From the NCBI GenBank assembly GCA_951406725.2, contig OX597822.1, positions 97,030,001 to 97,094,000 of the forward strand: 64,000 bases of DNA, given 5' to 3'. The notes under the pieces were generated by a model that made no database searches, was not told where the DNA came from, and saw nothing but the letters and a program-made list of their open reading frames with translations. Source of the stretch: Octopus vulgaris (taxonomy: Eukaryota). The position numbers and the translations under genes were made by a program. Positions 12,224-25,416 of the stretch are shown piece by piece. Position 1 is the stretch's first letter, and each line of letters begins with the position of its first letter.

Positions 12224-14893
12224 TTAAAGTCATCTTAATTATAATCTTCCATCAAAATTTTATGTTAATTTGTTTCAAACACTAGGTTAACGACTACAGT
12301 TATTTCACTAGATTCATCGTTATTTTCAAAATCAGTTGAAACAGAGGTAGTGTATGTGAGCAAGAATATAGTATCAAAAGCTTTAAGCTAACATAATTTC
12401 TTATTGGTACTGCCCTGTATGCAATACTTCTATTTGTCATAAAGGTGGATGGTTGTCATGTAATGGATGGTTGGCACGTAAAAGCACCATCCGTTCATGG
12501 CCGTTTGCCAGCTCCGTCTGGCTCCTGTGTGGGTGGCACGTAAAAAGCACCCACTACACTCGCGGAGTGGTTGACGTTAGGAAGGGCATCCAGCTGTAGA
12601 AACACTGCCAGATCAGAATGGGCCTGATGCAGCCTTCTGGCTTCACAGACCCCGTTGAACTGTCCAACCCATGCTAGCATGGAAAGTGGATGCTAAATGA
12701 TGATAATGATGATGATGATGAGGTACAGGCATGACTGTATGGTTAAGACATTTGCTTCATGTCCATGTGGTACTGAGTTCAGTCCCACTTGGGCAAGTGC
12801 CATCAACTGTAGCCCCGAATTGACCAATGCCTGTATTGTGTGTTTGTGTGTGTGCCTGTGTGCACAAATCTTGATGTTCCTTGGCTTTTTATTAAGTTAA
12901 ACACTAATGTAATATGTACATTCCTTGTTGACGTTACAACCAGTTGCTCTATGCTTCCAGAGGTCAGTGAAATAAAACAAAAATCCTGTACTTGTAAAAC
13001 AGATAAGGGTTGGTAACAGCAAGAGCATCTGGATGTAACCCTGAAATATTGCTTCAACTACCTCCCTATCTAATTCATACTAGGATAATAAAACAAGCTA
13101 TAAATGAATGAACGATGTGTATGTTTTCAATAAATTAAAGAAAGTATCTTACAAATATTGAGAAAACTCTTGTATCTTCGTATTTCATTTGCAGTCAGAA
13201 GATATTGACTTACTCTCCACAAGGTCATGAGTTTAAACTATGCTATAATCATTACATGCTATGTCTAATCAAGATATAATTATATTGCTTGTTGAAATAT
13301 AAACCAGACATCACACCCATTTCCTGTGATTATTACTAGGACATTTAATGATGTGGTTAATTACAGCAAAAGCATTAAGCATAAAACACAATTTGAACGA
13401 GTAGTTCCTACAGACATGTCCAAGTTTTAAAAGAGAAAGAAAGACATACTATTTATATATCAGCACTAAGAAAAGAACTGGCTGCAGAAGCACCATAGCA
13501 AAACAATATTTGCTTTTGGTCATGTGAAAAACATTGTATCTTCTTCATAGTGGTTGGTTTTATCATGGTAAAAGTATGTTGAAGCTAGAAAGTCACTCGA
13601 CATAGTTGTTTAAACAGCTAAATATTTCAATATTTCGTAAACAACTACCGGATATCATAAGTGTTTATCTAAGCTGTTTGTGTGTGTGTGTGTGTGCATG
13701 TATAAATATGTGTGTGTTCAGAGTGGATGCAGGCAATAATGAGTGGTAAAGGTGTTTGTTTTGCAACCATGAGGTTGCAGGTTCAATCTTGCTACACAGC
13801 ATTTCGAGCAAGCACCTTTACTATAGCCCTGGATGAACCAAAACCTTGTGAGTGAATTTGGGTGAACAAAAACTATATAGAAGCTTGTCAGATTGACCAT
13901 ATGTGTAATTCAATGATTTGGTTGTCCATTTAATTGAATGACTGGAGGAGGATGGCATGTTAAAATCAGTGGGAGAGTCCATCGTCATATATTCAGTTTG
14001 GAGAGCCAGATTATAGCTCCAGTAAATGCAGTGAGACGTAGTGGGAAGAATAATAGTCCCCATGATTAGGATGTTGTACTTAACTTTCCTGGATGATCTG
14101 ATGTTTATTTCTGTCGGATGAACTATTGTAAGGGAGAATAATTTTTATTTATTATAGCCAGGTTCCAACCTGGGCCAATGTTCAATAAAGTGTTCTATAA
14201 AGAATAAGATGTTCTGTGCAAAGTGTCCTATATAGAAAAAGGAATTTTTATCTAGATTAAGGTGTTCTATAGACCATATTTTCCAGCATACAAGTCAAAT
14301 GTACATAGTGTAATCATTCAAGTATCGTCGCTATTTATCAAACTCTTGCTACATTTCACATGGAATTTTTGCTTCTCCAAACTTGTCTTTGTGTATAAGT
14401 CGGCCTACCATTTTTGGTTGTTAATTTTTTGGTGGGGAAAATTTGATTTGTATGTTGAAAATACAATAGAATAAGATGTTCACTATAGAATAAAGTGTTT
14501 AACCATTTAGCATTTAATCTCAGTCATATCCAACCCAAATATTTTCCCTGTTTTATGTTAAAACTGACCAATCCAACCTCTCACACCTACGCTACAGTGT
14601 CATTCTAAAAATTTACAAACACAACATTGAAGCTACAAAATAACGATTAATTCAAAACAGCGTGAATGAATAGGCAATGCATTTGACAAAGAAATGTGAA
14701 TACTAAAGGGTTAATACAGGCCAAGATATTTTATCAGAAGACATTCAACATTCTTACTGCATATTTGAAGTTTGAATTGTGCAAGTAAAAATAGAATGCT
14801 TTTGTGTTTGTGTTTTCTTCTTTTGATATATACTTATCTTTACAGTTTTTGTCACCATACTTGTTTACTCTAAACCTTCTCTATATTTTACAG

Positions 14894-15068
14894 AGCTGTT
14901 TATCTAGTGCGTCACAAAGAATCAAGAAAACGATTTGCCATCAAGAAAATAGGCAAACAGCATTTACTCATGCGCAACCAAACTGAACAAGCATTTGTTG
15001 AGAGGGACATTCTCACATTCACTGACAACCCGTTTGTGGTGAGCATGTACTGCAGTTTTGAGACCAAA
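14894..15068 (+). CDS. MAST: MAST kinase exon ([18 protein letters not shown]...[26 protein letters not shown])
   Basis: ttttacag / gtaagt; catalytic Lys (FAIKK) and alphaC Glu (VERD). Confidence 0.97.
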
Positions 15069-15479
15069 GTAAGTTATTGAATCACCCTTACCACTACTCC
15101 TCCCTAATGTGTTCCAGTTGAAAACAGCCAGTGGGTTGTACATTGACATTATTTAAAGTGTTTGGTTAATAAATTCTATTCTTACAATCATAATCTATAT
15201 TATGCTTGAGTTGTTATTAATAAGATGTATAGAAAAAAATTGTATAATTCAGTTGACGGAAAGTGGTTCAAGGATTTCTGTTGTTGACTGTAGATTGTGT
15301 GTTCTTTTTTGTTAGTGGGATGCAAACTACTCTTGGTGTTGTATTGCATTATTTCGATTTGTTGTGAAGTTTGGTTGCTGTCTTTTGTTGTATTAGTGTT
15401 TGTATTGTGCGTTGTGTGCTTTTTGTTTGGGATCCAGCCTGTTGTGATGGTTGTTTATTTTATTGGACCCTTTTTGTAT

Positions 15480-15776
15480 AGAGCCTGGCAGAATCGTTAG
15501 CACTCCGGGGCGAAATGCTTAGCGGTATTTCGTCTGCCGTTATGTTCTGAGTTCAAATTCTGCCGGGGTTGACTTTGCCTTTCATCCTTTCGGGGTCGAT
15601 AAATTAAGTACCAGTTACGCACTGGGGTCGATGTAATCGACTTAATCCCTTTGTCTGACCTTGTTTGTCTCCTCTATGTTTAGCCCCCTGTGGGCAATAA
15701 AGAAATAAATTATTATTATTATTATCATTATTATTGTTATTATTATTATTATTATTATTATCATTATTATTATTAT
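15480..15776 (+). mobile_element. SINE family A followed by (ATT)n tract abutting the MAST splice acceptor
   Basis: SINE body 15480-15708, then ~70 nt of ATT repeats ending at cag 15777-15779. Confidence 0.85.
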
Positions 15777-15779
15777 CAG

Positions 15780-15871
15780 AAAAACTTCTGTATGGTAATG
15801 GAATATGTGGAAGGAGGAGATTGTGCTACGCTGTTGAAGTTTACAGGTGGACTGCATTTGGACCTTGCCAG
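15780..15871 (+). CDS. MAST: MAST kinase exon ([31 protein letters not shown])
   Basis: tatcag / gtaaaa; [16 protein letters not shown] diagnostic of MAST. Confidence 0.97.
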
Positions 15872-16069
15872 GTAAAAAACCCTGCTGTTACTTAAATCCT
15901 AATATATCCCCCCCACACACACACACACATACACTTATTAATTTCTAATATCACTCTGATTGCTACTCACATACCTACCTCCCTCAATGGCTAATTGGTC
16001 GGTGTTATTAGTTGAAACCAACCAACCAACTGATCAGTGTTGTTAGTCTTTACCTAGTGTTGTTGACTA

Positions 16070-16233
16070 TGGGCATAGCAGTGGCTGTGTGGTAAGTAGC
16101 TTGCTTATGAACCACATGGTTCTGGGTTCAGTCCCACTGCATGGCACTTTGGGCAAGTGTCTTCTACTATAGCCTTGGGCCAACCTAGGCCTTGTGAGTG
16201 GATTTGGTAGATGGAAACTGAAAGAAGCCCGTC

Positions 16234-16281
<48 letters not shown>

Positions 16282-16502
16282 GTGTGTGTGCATATGTTTG
16301 TATGTCTGTGTTTGTTCCCCCAACATCGCTTGACAACTGATGCTGGTGTGTTTACGTCCCCCGTAACTTAGTGGTTCGACAAAAGAGACCGATAGAATAA
16401 GTACTAGGCTTACAAAGAATAAGTCCTGTGGTCGATTTGCTCGACTAAAGGTGGTACTCCGGCATGGCCACAGTCAGATGACTGAAACAAGTAAAAGAGT
16501 AT
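16070..16502 (+). mobile_element. tRNA-derived CORE-like SINE family B with internal (TA)n
   Basis: gtggctgtgtggtaag...gggttcagtccc head; ttgggcaagtgtctt core; tail gcatggccacagtc..atgactgaaacaagtaaaagag. Confidence 0.85.
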
Positions 16503-16656
16503 AGCTAGTCACTAGCCAGTGATGCTGGCTGGCCAACAAACTGGTCATTATTATTAGTCAAAGCCAGCCGCTCAATCTTGCTTAAATGATTTTTGTTTTA
16601 AGAGTGTGGAAAGAAATGTTACATCAGTGTTTATACTTTTCTCCTTTGTGTAGTGA

Positions 16657-16761
<105 letters not shown>

Positions 16762-17184
16762 TAAGTATCCTTTATCCATGACGATGATAATGCTTTTTTT
16801 TTTAATAGCAGTTCTACACTGTTGGTTAAATATAGATTTCTTTCAACTAGTCAGTTGGACAACTGTTATGGGATGAGTTCGTGTTTGCTGAAATTTAACC
16901 CTTTAGTGTTCAGATTAATTTGTCAAATGTTATGCCTATCTGTTCACATTAATTTTGATTTATTGAGGTTCAAGGCGGGTGTCCACAATATTTGCTTCTA
17001 ACTTTGTTAATTTTCTACATACGGATTTGAAATTTTGTAACTGGGTGCTTATAAGCCAGTAGTTTATAGTTACATCTTTCTGGTTAAATTTTACTTTTAT
17101 GGGGAGGTAAATTTAATTAACAGGTGTAAAAACAATAACATTGTAAACAAACACTAAAATTCATATTCTTAACACATCTTACCT

Positions 17185-17463
17185 GTTGAGAGTATAAGAG
17201 GAATCAGATGCTGTGTGCAACAGAGAAGACTAGGTGTGGACATGTGATGTGTCTAAAGGATGACAGTTTGGTAAAGAACTATTGAGTGGTCCAAGTGGAA
17301 GAAACCTGTGCAAAGGAGGACCAAGGGAGATATGGAAACAAATGGTGAAAGATGATCTCATGAAGATGGTGTCAAAGAACCCCAAGTAGCAAGCTGTTGT
17401 GCTAAGGAAAACTGGTCCAGTCTATACAAGCATGGGAAAATGTTATGAAATTATGATAATGAT
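17185..17463 (+). mobile_element. Degenerate RTE-clade LINE 3' fragment
   Basis: Degenerate translation IRGIRCCVQQRRL..GHVM..DDSLVK...W..MVKDDL; ends caagcatgg..aa..(gat)n. Confidence 0.6.
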
Positions 17464-18015
17464 ATTCACAAACTTTGTATGAGAGGATTGATCACATATT
17501 TTTGGTAGTTATTTGATCTGTAAAAGGATAGAAGTTGGAATCCAATATAATATTTAAACTCAGCATAGCTGAAACTTAACTACTGTTTGACTTGAGCATC
17601 TGTACTCTCTTTGCCTTCTTCTCTACATATAAAATATTGATGGCATTTTTTTTTTTTTCTAAACTTACCTGTCAGTTATTAAGATTATGTTCTTTTTTGT
17701 TGTGATGTTATTCTTGTATTTAAATTTAGTTAGATCAACAAAACTTCAATCTGACAATGGTAGAAATAATTACAATGATGACAGGTTTTATCCTGCTTGT
17801 TGTTAGTGTCTCTTTATCCGATGCCTGTAGACTTTAAACTTGTTTTAAATTATGGCAGAAATTTCTAGATATGAATCAAGAGGCTGACATAAGTGGAATT
17901 ACATTTGTTGCTATTCTACAATTCAAGAGGATTTGATTGACATTTTTAATATTGAAGCTTAAGTTATGTGTTACATAATCTACAAAGATAAATTTCTATT
18001 CTAAAGAAAGTTAGA

Positions 18016-18156
18016 TTAGGTTGTCCCAAAAGTTCGTAAACACTTGCGAAAATTGAATTTTTACTCACCAAGTACTAACAAAAGCAACAAAAATTATTCC
18101 TCAAAATAAAGACCATTATTTTCCAAGACTTTCTACGAACTTTTGGGACAACCTTA
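18016..18156. mobile_element. Tc1/mariner-type MITE
   Basis: 21-bp perfect TIR AGGTTGTCCCAAAAGTTCGTA (18018-18038) / TACGAACTTTTGGGACAACCT (18134-18154), TA-rich flanks. Confidence 0.8.
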
Positions 18157-18294
18157 TACATTGACACTGTTTATAGATTGTGCTGCTGTAGTCTCTGTTA
18201 TTATTTTATTGCTCATAAATTTCAAGGTTTATTGTCCCTGCAGTCAGTTTGTAAAATTAGACACATCTCTCACCAAATACTTTTTTTTTTCCAG

Positions 18295-18365
18295 TTTGTT
18301 GATCACTGCCACAGGACATATAAAACTAACAGATTTTGGTTTATCTAAAGTTGGTTTGATGAGCT
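18295..18365 (+). CDS. MAST: MAST kinase exon (LLITATGHIKLTDFGLSKVGLMS)
   Basis: ttttccag / gtaagt; DFG motif. Confidence 0.97.
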
Positions 18366-18932
18366 GTAAGTATTTATTGGTCATTCTTGTTTAATAAAAT
18401 CTTCTGTCTGTGTCGTCATTTCCACCAACAATATAGTAAAGTCTTATAATGCAATTAGTAACAAAAAATCTTCGTTGGTATTCAAGTATATTTAACTTTG
18501 AATTTATTTGTTGTGTTGTTATGCCATAACATTATATACAGCTTACAAAAATATACAAATCTTAATAAAAGCATCATTGTAACATCCAGTTTCTCACCAT
18601 AAAAGTTTTAGTAGATTCTTTATTATAATCTTTGAGTTCCACTGTTAGAGCCTATAAAGCCAGGCTGGACATTTCTTCCTAAATTAACCCTTTTCTCTCT
18701 GACCACCAAGACATTTCAGCACCAACTATTGAGGCATTTTTTACAAATTATATTTTTATCATGCTTTAAAAATTCTAAAATTTATTTAAATTTATCACAT
18801 ATTTTAAATATAAAAGAAAAGACTATACGAGTCGGTTCTAAAGATTTGCTGGCTTTGGGCAAAAGACAATACTGAAGGATCAGTTAATTATGATTTTATT
18901 CAACATAATTCCCCTCTCACATTCACACATTT

Positions 18933-19200
18933 ATAATAATAATAATAATAATAAACATTGTGTACAATGCTCAGGTGCACTACAACTCATCTAAAGTGCA
19001 TATATAATCAGGTGTAGTTTCGACGGATTTCGGAAAGCATGAGGGCCTTAAAGGATGCAGTGTCATGGCAGTCAACAACTGACGCAGGCAGTTTATTCCA
19101 TGCTTCAGCAACTCTGAGCGTGAAGAAATATTTCCGAAAGTCATGGGAGCTGTGTTGTTTTCTGACTTTGTAGGCATGTCCACGTGTGTTAGACACCCCT
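18933..19200 (-). mobile_element. CR1-type LINE 3' fragment with (ATT)n tail
   Basis: NTRGHAYKVRKQHSSHDFRKYFFTLRVAEAWNKLPASVV; related copies at ~7030, 35708, 40350, 49660. Confidence 0.85.
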
Positions 19201-19835
19201 TCGCTGTTTCTATAGCCTGTAAAAGAATTCAAACAGTTGGGCCTCCAACCAGGCCTTTTGCAATACCCTTTAAGCCAAGACCTTTTTAGCAACCCCTTTG
19301 TATATATAAATGTCGGTGTGACTGTGTGGTGGTTAAGAAGTATGCTTTGCAGCCATATGGTTTCAAGTGGGGTCCTACTTCATTGTGTGGCACTTTGGCA
19401 TTCAATACAGCCTGAGGCCAACCAACGCCATGTGAGCAGACTTGGTAGGTGGAAATTGCAGGAGGAAGCCCACTATGTCTATGTGGGTGCATATGTGATT
19501 ATATTCCCTGCAAATCAGTGTTGGTTTTAGCATCCGTTATTGACGTTACGACCAGTTACTCTGCCCTTCCAATGACCTGGCAATAGGAAGAGCATCCGGC
19601 TATAAAAACCTGTTTCAAATAACATCCCCCACCTAAACAACCGATGTTGGTAGTGATCTAAACAACACATGGCGGGGGTGGGGGGAAAGAGTGTAAAAAA
19701 ACAAAATAGTTTTCCTATTCTTTTAAAATACAAAAAAAAATTTGAAATTTAGGATTAAATTTTATTATTCTTTTATTTGTGTGCTCCTCATTTCTAATCC
19801 ACTCCTAACTATTTTTTTTTCATCTCTTCATCTAG

Positions 19836-19952
19836 TGACTACAAATATGTACGAAGGGGCTGTTGATAAAGACTGTAAACAGTTCAAAGACAAACAAGTA
19901 TTTGGCACTCCAGAATACATTGCGCCTGAGGTCATCTTAAGGCAAGGTTATG
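19836..19952 (+). CDS. MAST: MAST kinase exon, activation segment ([38 protein letters not shown])
   Basis: catctag / gtgagt; [17 protein letters not shown]. Confidence 0.97.
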
Positions 19953-20628
19953 GTGAGTAGAATTAAAATTTTTCAACTTCTTCACTAATCCTTTAAACTA
20001 AACTATTATAATAACAGTTTTGTTTGTTTTTGCGGCTAACTTTCTTTTTTTCCTTTCTCCTCTTAGTCGACACTATTAGCTGTACTGATTACTAGAACTC
20101 CTAACACCATTGCCTACTTAAAACTATTACTACCACTGGCTTTACTTAACCAAGTGTCATACTATGCTACAGCTTGTTACATTGTTCTCTCAAGTGGTTC
20201 CGTGACATTTCCCCTGTTAGGACAAGACAAAAACATTTAGGAGGATTTTAACTCGTCACTTCTGGCTAATGAAACTTGTTTGACAGGCCAACAGGGTCAC
20301 TTGGCTAGGTAAAAATAGCAGCCAAATTTCATCCAAATCATAATGCACCATCTTATGAAAGGAAAGACACATTAGATAACATAATCTTAAATACCCTAGA
20401 AAAAGGGGATGATCGTAACTGAAACACCTTTTGATCATAGATCTGCTTGATTAAGACTGATTACAGAGCTAAACAACAACACTTTCCTACTTTGCATCAT
20501 ATAGGTTTATAAAAACTTTCACCTTTATCCCTAATTACATGTCCCGTTTCTTCTTTTGTCAAAGAAATGGTTTTTTTTTTTTTTTACTGTTCTCTAATTA
20601 GAATTGTTTTTTGTTTCTTTTATTTCAG

Positions 20629-20739
20629 GAAAACCTGTTGATTGGTGGTCAATGGGGATAATCCTGTTCGAGTTTCTAACTGGATATGTTCCTTTTTTCG
20701 GGAAAACACCAGAAATCCTCTTTTCCCAAGTCATCAATG
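20629..20739 (+). CDS. MAST: MAST kinase exon ([37 protein letters not shown])
   Basis: tatttcag / gtatgt; subdomains IX-X. Confidence 0.97.
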
Positions 20740-21582
20740 GTATGTTCTCAATATTATCTTTTGTTCCGTTTTTTTTTTCCTAGTTGAGAATTTTAGTTAC
20801 ATGTCAGGGAGTCGCATGATCAAATTACTCGGTAATCTAGCTATTGAAATCTTTAACTCTTTAACATTCAGATTATACTGTCAAATGTAATGCTTTTTAA
20901 TCTACCTTGTTTCTAGTTCATCCTGTATTATCTCATAGCTTTGAATTTTTGATGATGTGAGTGTATATTTTTAGAAGGGCATTGCTGGGTAAGTGTGATA
21001 GGCTGCATCTGGCTGGTTACAACATATAACAAGTGGCATATTTGGGTTGGGTAAATGCTAAATGGTTAATACCTTAAGAAAGAGGGAACTACAGACATAT
21101 ATATATATGCAAATTTCTTTGCATATAATTATTTCAGTTATATTGATGATGTCCCTGGGATAGCATGATTCTCACAATACCTCTTCTCCAATTAAATAGG
21201 GTTAATAATACCTTCTACAGATATATCAGCTCAATTAAATACAGTTAATGACACCTGTAGTTATATCAGCTCACCAAATAATCAAAACATTGACCCCAGC
21301 TATCATACTTTTATGACATAAATAAAATATTGATTGATTGATTTTTGTTCATTTTGTCCATGGCTGATTTCAAATTTTGCCAGGATCAACTTTACATTTC
21401 ATCCACCATCACCACCACTACCCCATGGGTCACATTAGTAACAGCTATTTCTAACTTTGGCACAAGACCAGTAATTTTGCAGTATGGAGGTTTAGTCAGT
21501 TCTTACCACACAGCCACTCCTGCGCCTATTTCTAAATATTATATAAACATCTAATTATTTCCTGTTTCATAATCTATTTCAG

Positions 21583-21810
21583 AACAATTTGAATGGCCAC
21601 CAGAGAAAGAATTGAAAGTGCAGGATGAAGCTAAAGATTTAATAACTCAACTGCTCAGGAATAATCCAAGGGAGCGTATTGGCTCTGGTGGTGCCCACCA
21701 AGTGAAAGAACATGAATTCTTCCAGAGTGTAGACTGGGATGGATTGTTACGGCAGAAAGCTGAGTTTGTTCCACAATTAGACAGTGAAGAGGACACAAGC
21801 TACTTTGATA
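21583..21810 (+). CDS. MAST: MAST exon, kinase XI + AGC C-tail (EWPPE...LLRQKAEFVPQLDSEEDTSYFD)
   Basis: tatttcag / gtgagt; LLRQKAEF.PQL.SE.DTSYFD. Confidence 0.97.
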
Positions 21811-22089
21811 GTGAGTAGTTGACACTTTCATCATCATCCTCATCATTTAACACCTGCTTTTCTATGCTTAGATGGGTCTGACGGAATTTGAGGCAGATTT
21901 TCTACTGCTGGATGCTCTTCCTGCTGCCAACACTTATCTGTTTCTAAGCAAGATAATATTTACCACCCATGACCAGGCATGTCTTGGAAGATTGGAAACA
22001 AAGGGCCATGACACTCATTCACAACTATCATGTGCTATCACATGATATCAAGGCTACACACTCACACACATACATATCTATCTATATTT

Positions 22090-22322
22090 ATTTCTTTACT
22101 GCCCACAAGGGGCTAAATATGGAGGGTACAAACAAGGACAGTCAAAGGGATTAAGCCGATTACATCGACCCCAGTGTGTAACTGGTACTTAATTTATCGA
22201 CCCCCGAAAGGATGAAAGGCAAAATCGACCTCGGCGGAATTTGAACTCAGAACATTACGGCAGACGAAATACCGCAAACCATTTCGCCCGGCGTGCTAAT
22301 GTTTCTGCCAGCTCGCCGCCTT
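22090..22322 (-). mobile_element. SINE family A
   Basis: Reverse complement of the 9221-9438 family. Confidence 0.85.
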
Positions 22323-22444
22323 TTAATATCTATCTATCTATATTATTTAGTTAGTACCAGATGTTTAGTTTGGAGTTATCCAGTATATGTTAAATATAGT
22401 TGTGGATGGTTTAATCAGCTGTTGTTGTTCTTCTTCTTTTCTAG

Positions 22445-22584
22445 CCCGAACTGACCGCTATAGCCACCCTGACCTGGAAACTGAGGACACGGAAGATGAT
22501 ACGGATGACATCATGTTTCACAGCTTCTCATCTTGTTCTCCACGGTACAACAAACTCAGTTTGAAACTGGAGGATTCTCAAGAG
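22445..22584 (+). CDS. MAST: MAST exon (TRTDRYSH...FHSFSSCSPRYNKLSLKLEDSQE)
   Basis: ttttctag / gtaagc; FSSCSPR motif. Confidence 0.95.
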
Positions 22585-23473
22585 GTAAGCAATGTTCAAT
22601 ATTTCAACTTTCCTTCATCCGCCAACCATGTCAACTACATCATTGAATAATTTAAGGATTTAACCTTTTACCTGTTTCCTGTATAGTTATATAATCACTG
22701 GTTATAAACGTTACTACTATTTCCTCTGTTTTCAACTGTACGAAAAAAAAGGTTAAATATTTCAAATGGAACAAAAGAAATCTTGGGACCTGAGGGAAAT
22801 ATTTTGTTTTTCTTGTTAGAATTGGTAAATCTCAAATCATTTATGAACACCTTTTACTTTCTTACTCACTTCAGCATCAGCATCATCATCATCATGATGT
22901 CACCCCTCCTCTTCCCTACCTCCTATTCATTCATTATCTTCGCCACCTCACCCATTTCCTATCTATCCCTCTCCCGTTTACTCATACAACCTTCACACTC
23001 ATAGTTCTTCTGTCTTCATTCAGTTCTACTTGCCTTGTATCATGAAGGTGCATACAGGTGCCTCATCACTGCCATTTTTATCTCTTCCCTTCCCCCATCC
23101 TAATACTTTCCCATCCGGCCTCTTCTAAAATGTTAGCAAAATAGCCTTGTGATCCCTCTACAACAAGAGATCTATTTTCTTCTAGCCTTTTCTCGCTTGC
23201 TTGAACCCCCTCATCATTGCACTTAACGCCATCTCTCTAAGAGTTTGTAGTCTTGCAAGCTACATAGCTACCTCACTAATGCTGATGGCTTGAGTAAAAC
23301 ATCCTGCAAACATTATGAAGTGGTTGGCATTAGGAAGGACATCTGGCTGTCAAACTATCCAATTCATGCCAGGATGGAACAAAGACCTTAAATGATGATG
23401 ACGATGACTTCATTCACTTTTCCCTATTTCCATCTGTTGTTATCTGATTAGATTTTATTTTTGTAATGTTTAA

Positions 23474-23692
23474 CCCTTTAGTGTTCAGATTATTCTATCA
23501 AACATAATGCTTATTGATTCCCATTGATTTGAATTAATCATGCATTATCTCATATCTTCAAGATCTTGATGATGTAATTACTTAATGTAGAATAACATTG
23601 TAGGGTAGGTGTGAGGGCCTGGATCTGGTCAGTTTGAACATAAAACAGATTAAATATTTTAGCCGGATATGGCCGGTTTAGATACTAAAGGG
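23474..23692. mobile_element. TTAA-flanked MITE (piggyBac-like), second family
   Basis: TTAA|CCCTTTAG...CTAAAGGG|TTAA; copies at 39403-39607, ~3495-3707, ~14502-14710, ~41082-41238. Confidence 0.75.
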
Positions 23693-23786
23693 TTAATAAG
23701 CATTTTATTTGTATTGTTTTTGTTTTTGTTTTTGTTTTTTTTTTGTTTTTTTCATGAATTTGTATCTTTTATAACTATTCTTGTAG

Positions 23787-23986
23787 GAGCGGAAAGATCG
23801 AAGGCGACACTCCAGCTCGGATGAAATTCGAACACGTTTGCTGGAGAAACAGGTTCTTGACCGGAAAGATTCCAATCAGTCAGAAAGTTCCGAGAGCTCA
23901 ATAGAAGTACAACGTGTCCTCCGAATTAACAGTACAGGGAGCAGTTATGGAGACAGTCTGCTAGACATATCCAGTTCCAGTAGCAG
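23787..23986 (+). CDS. MAST: MAST exon (ERKDRRRHSSSDEIRTRLLEKQ...DISSSSS); alternative in-frame donor at 24037
   Basis: ttgtag acceptor; open phase-0 frame; phase-2 donors at 23987 (gttaga) and 24038 (gtacgt). Confidence 0.85.
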
Positions 23987-24432
23987 GTTAGAACTCACAC
24001 TGCGAGATGATGATATCTTTACTGCTGCCATAGATTGGTACGTTAGTCTGCTGCTGCTATTGTCTCTGCCAGCTTCATGCTTCCATCTCTTCCCCTGCAC
24101 ACCCCACCAATCCTTTCCATCTAAATTTCTTCTCCCAACTCTTTGAGAAAAAGTATTACAGATTCAGCTCCATAATTATCTTTACCTTGAAATATTTTAA
24201 AATCCATAATTCATTTGTCCAAATTTTAGTTTCTGTGTTATAAAATTTGTTGATAATTAAATATTTGATAAGTTTTTTTTGATAATTTTCATTGATTACA
24301 ATGAATTTATTGAAAACGAAAGATATCTTGAGAAAACTGAAGGGTTTTATATACATATTTAATCTTTCTTATATATGTTTGTGTATGTATGTGTATACAT
24401 ACATGTGTATATGCATATATATACATCTGTGA

Positions 24433-24470
<38 letters not shown>

Positions 24471-24472
<2 letters not shown>

Positions 24473-24675
24473 TTCTTGTTTCAGTCATTTGACTGTGGCT
24501 GTGCTGGAGCACTGTCTGTAGTCAAAGAAACAACTCCTGGACTTATTCTTTGTTAGCTTAATACTTATTCTAGCAGTTTCTTTTGCCGAACTGCTAAGTG
24601 ACAGGCACATAAACACACCAGCATCGGTTGTCAAACAATGGTGGTGGGGACAAACGAAGACACACAAATATGTAC

Positions 24676-24712
<37 letters not shown>

Positions 24713-24886
24713 CATACACTCGACAGGCTTCTTTTCAGTTTCTGGCTACCAAATCCACTCATAAGGCTTCGGTCAGCCTAAGGCTATAGTGAAAGACACT
24801 TGCCCAAGGTGCCACACAGTGGGACTGAATCCGGAACCATGTGGTTGGGTAACAAGCTTCATACCACACAGCCACTCCTGTGCCTA
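24471..24886 (-). mobile_element. SINE family B
   Basis: Reverse complement of the 16070-16502 family. Confidence 0.85.
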
Positions 24887-25416
24887 TATATTAATATATT
24901 TAAGTAGAAGCATATTAAAAATATTAAAGAAAATACTCTGTAATTTGATCATTGAAAAAAAAAATCTCAATTTCAATAGAGTATTATATTTATATATTAT
25001 AATTTATGTCGTAAATACACTGTAGTGAATTTACTTTTCATCTTCAAGTGATTCTGAAATGCTTATCTTTTATTTTTGTGAGATCTGAAGTCAGTGGAGT
25101 TTACTTTCGTATAAAACTGGTATCATCAGCTCTATGTAAGCACTATCGTTCCCTATATCTGTTGTTGCCATGGAAAAGAATCATTGCATCCCCTGTAGCC
25201 ATTCAAGAATATGCAATTTTTTTCTGTGTTTGCCTCTTCTTAAGCTTTTACTTTTCTGTGTGTTTTCTATCTTAGCAGTAACATCTAAGCAAAATTCTAG
25301 TTTATTGAAGAAAAATTGGCTTCAAAATTTATGCATTAATATTTTCTGTTTGACCATGAATTATTTTTCTTTTCGTTGCATCTCTGTGGGCCGCTAGTTT
25401 TGTTATATTTATTTAA

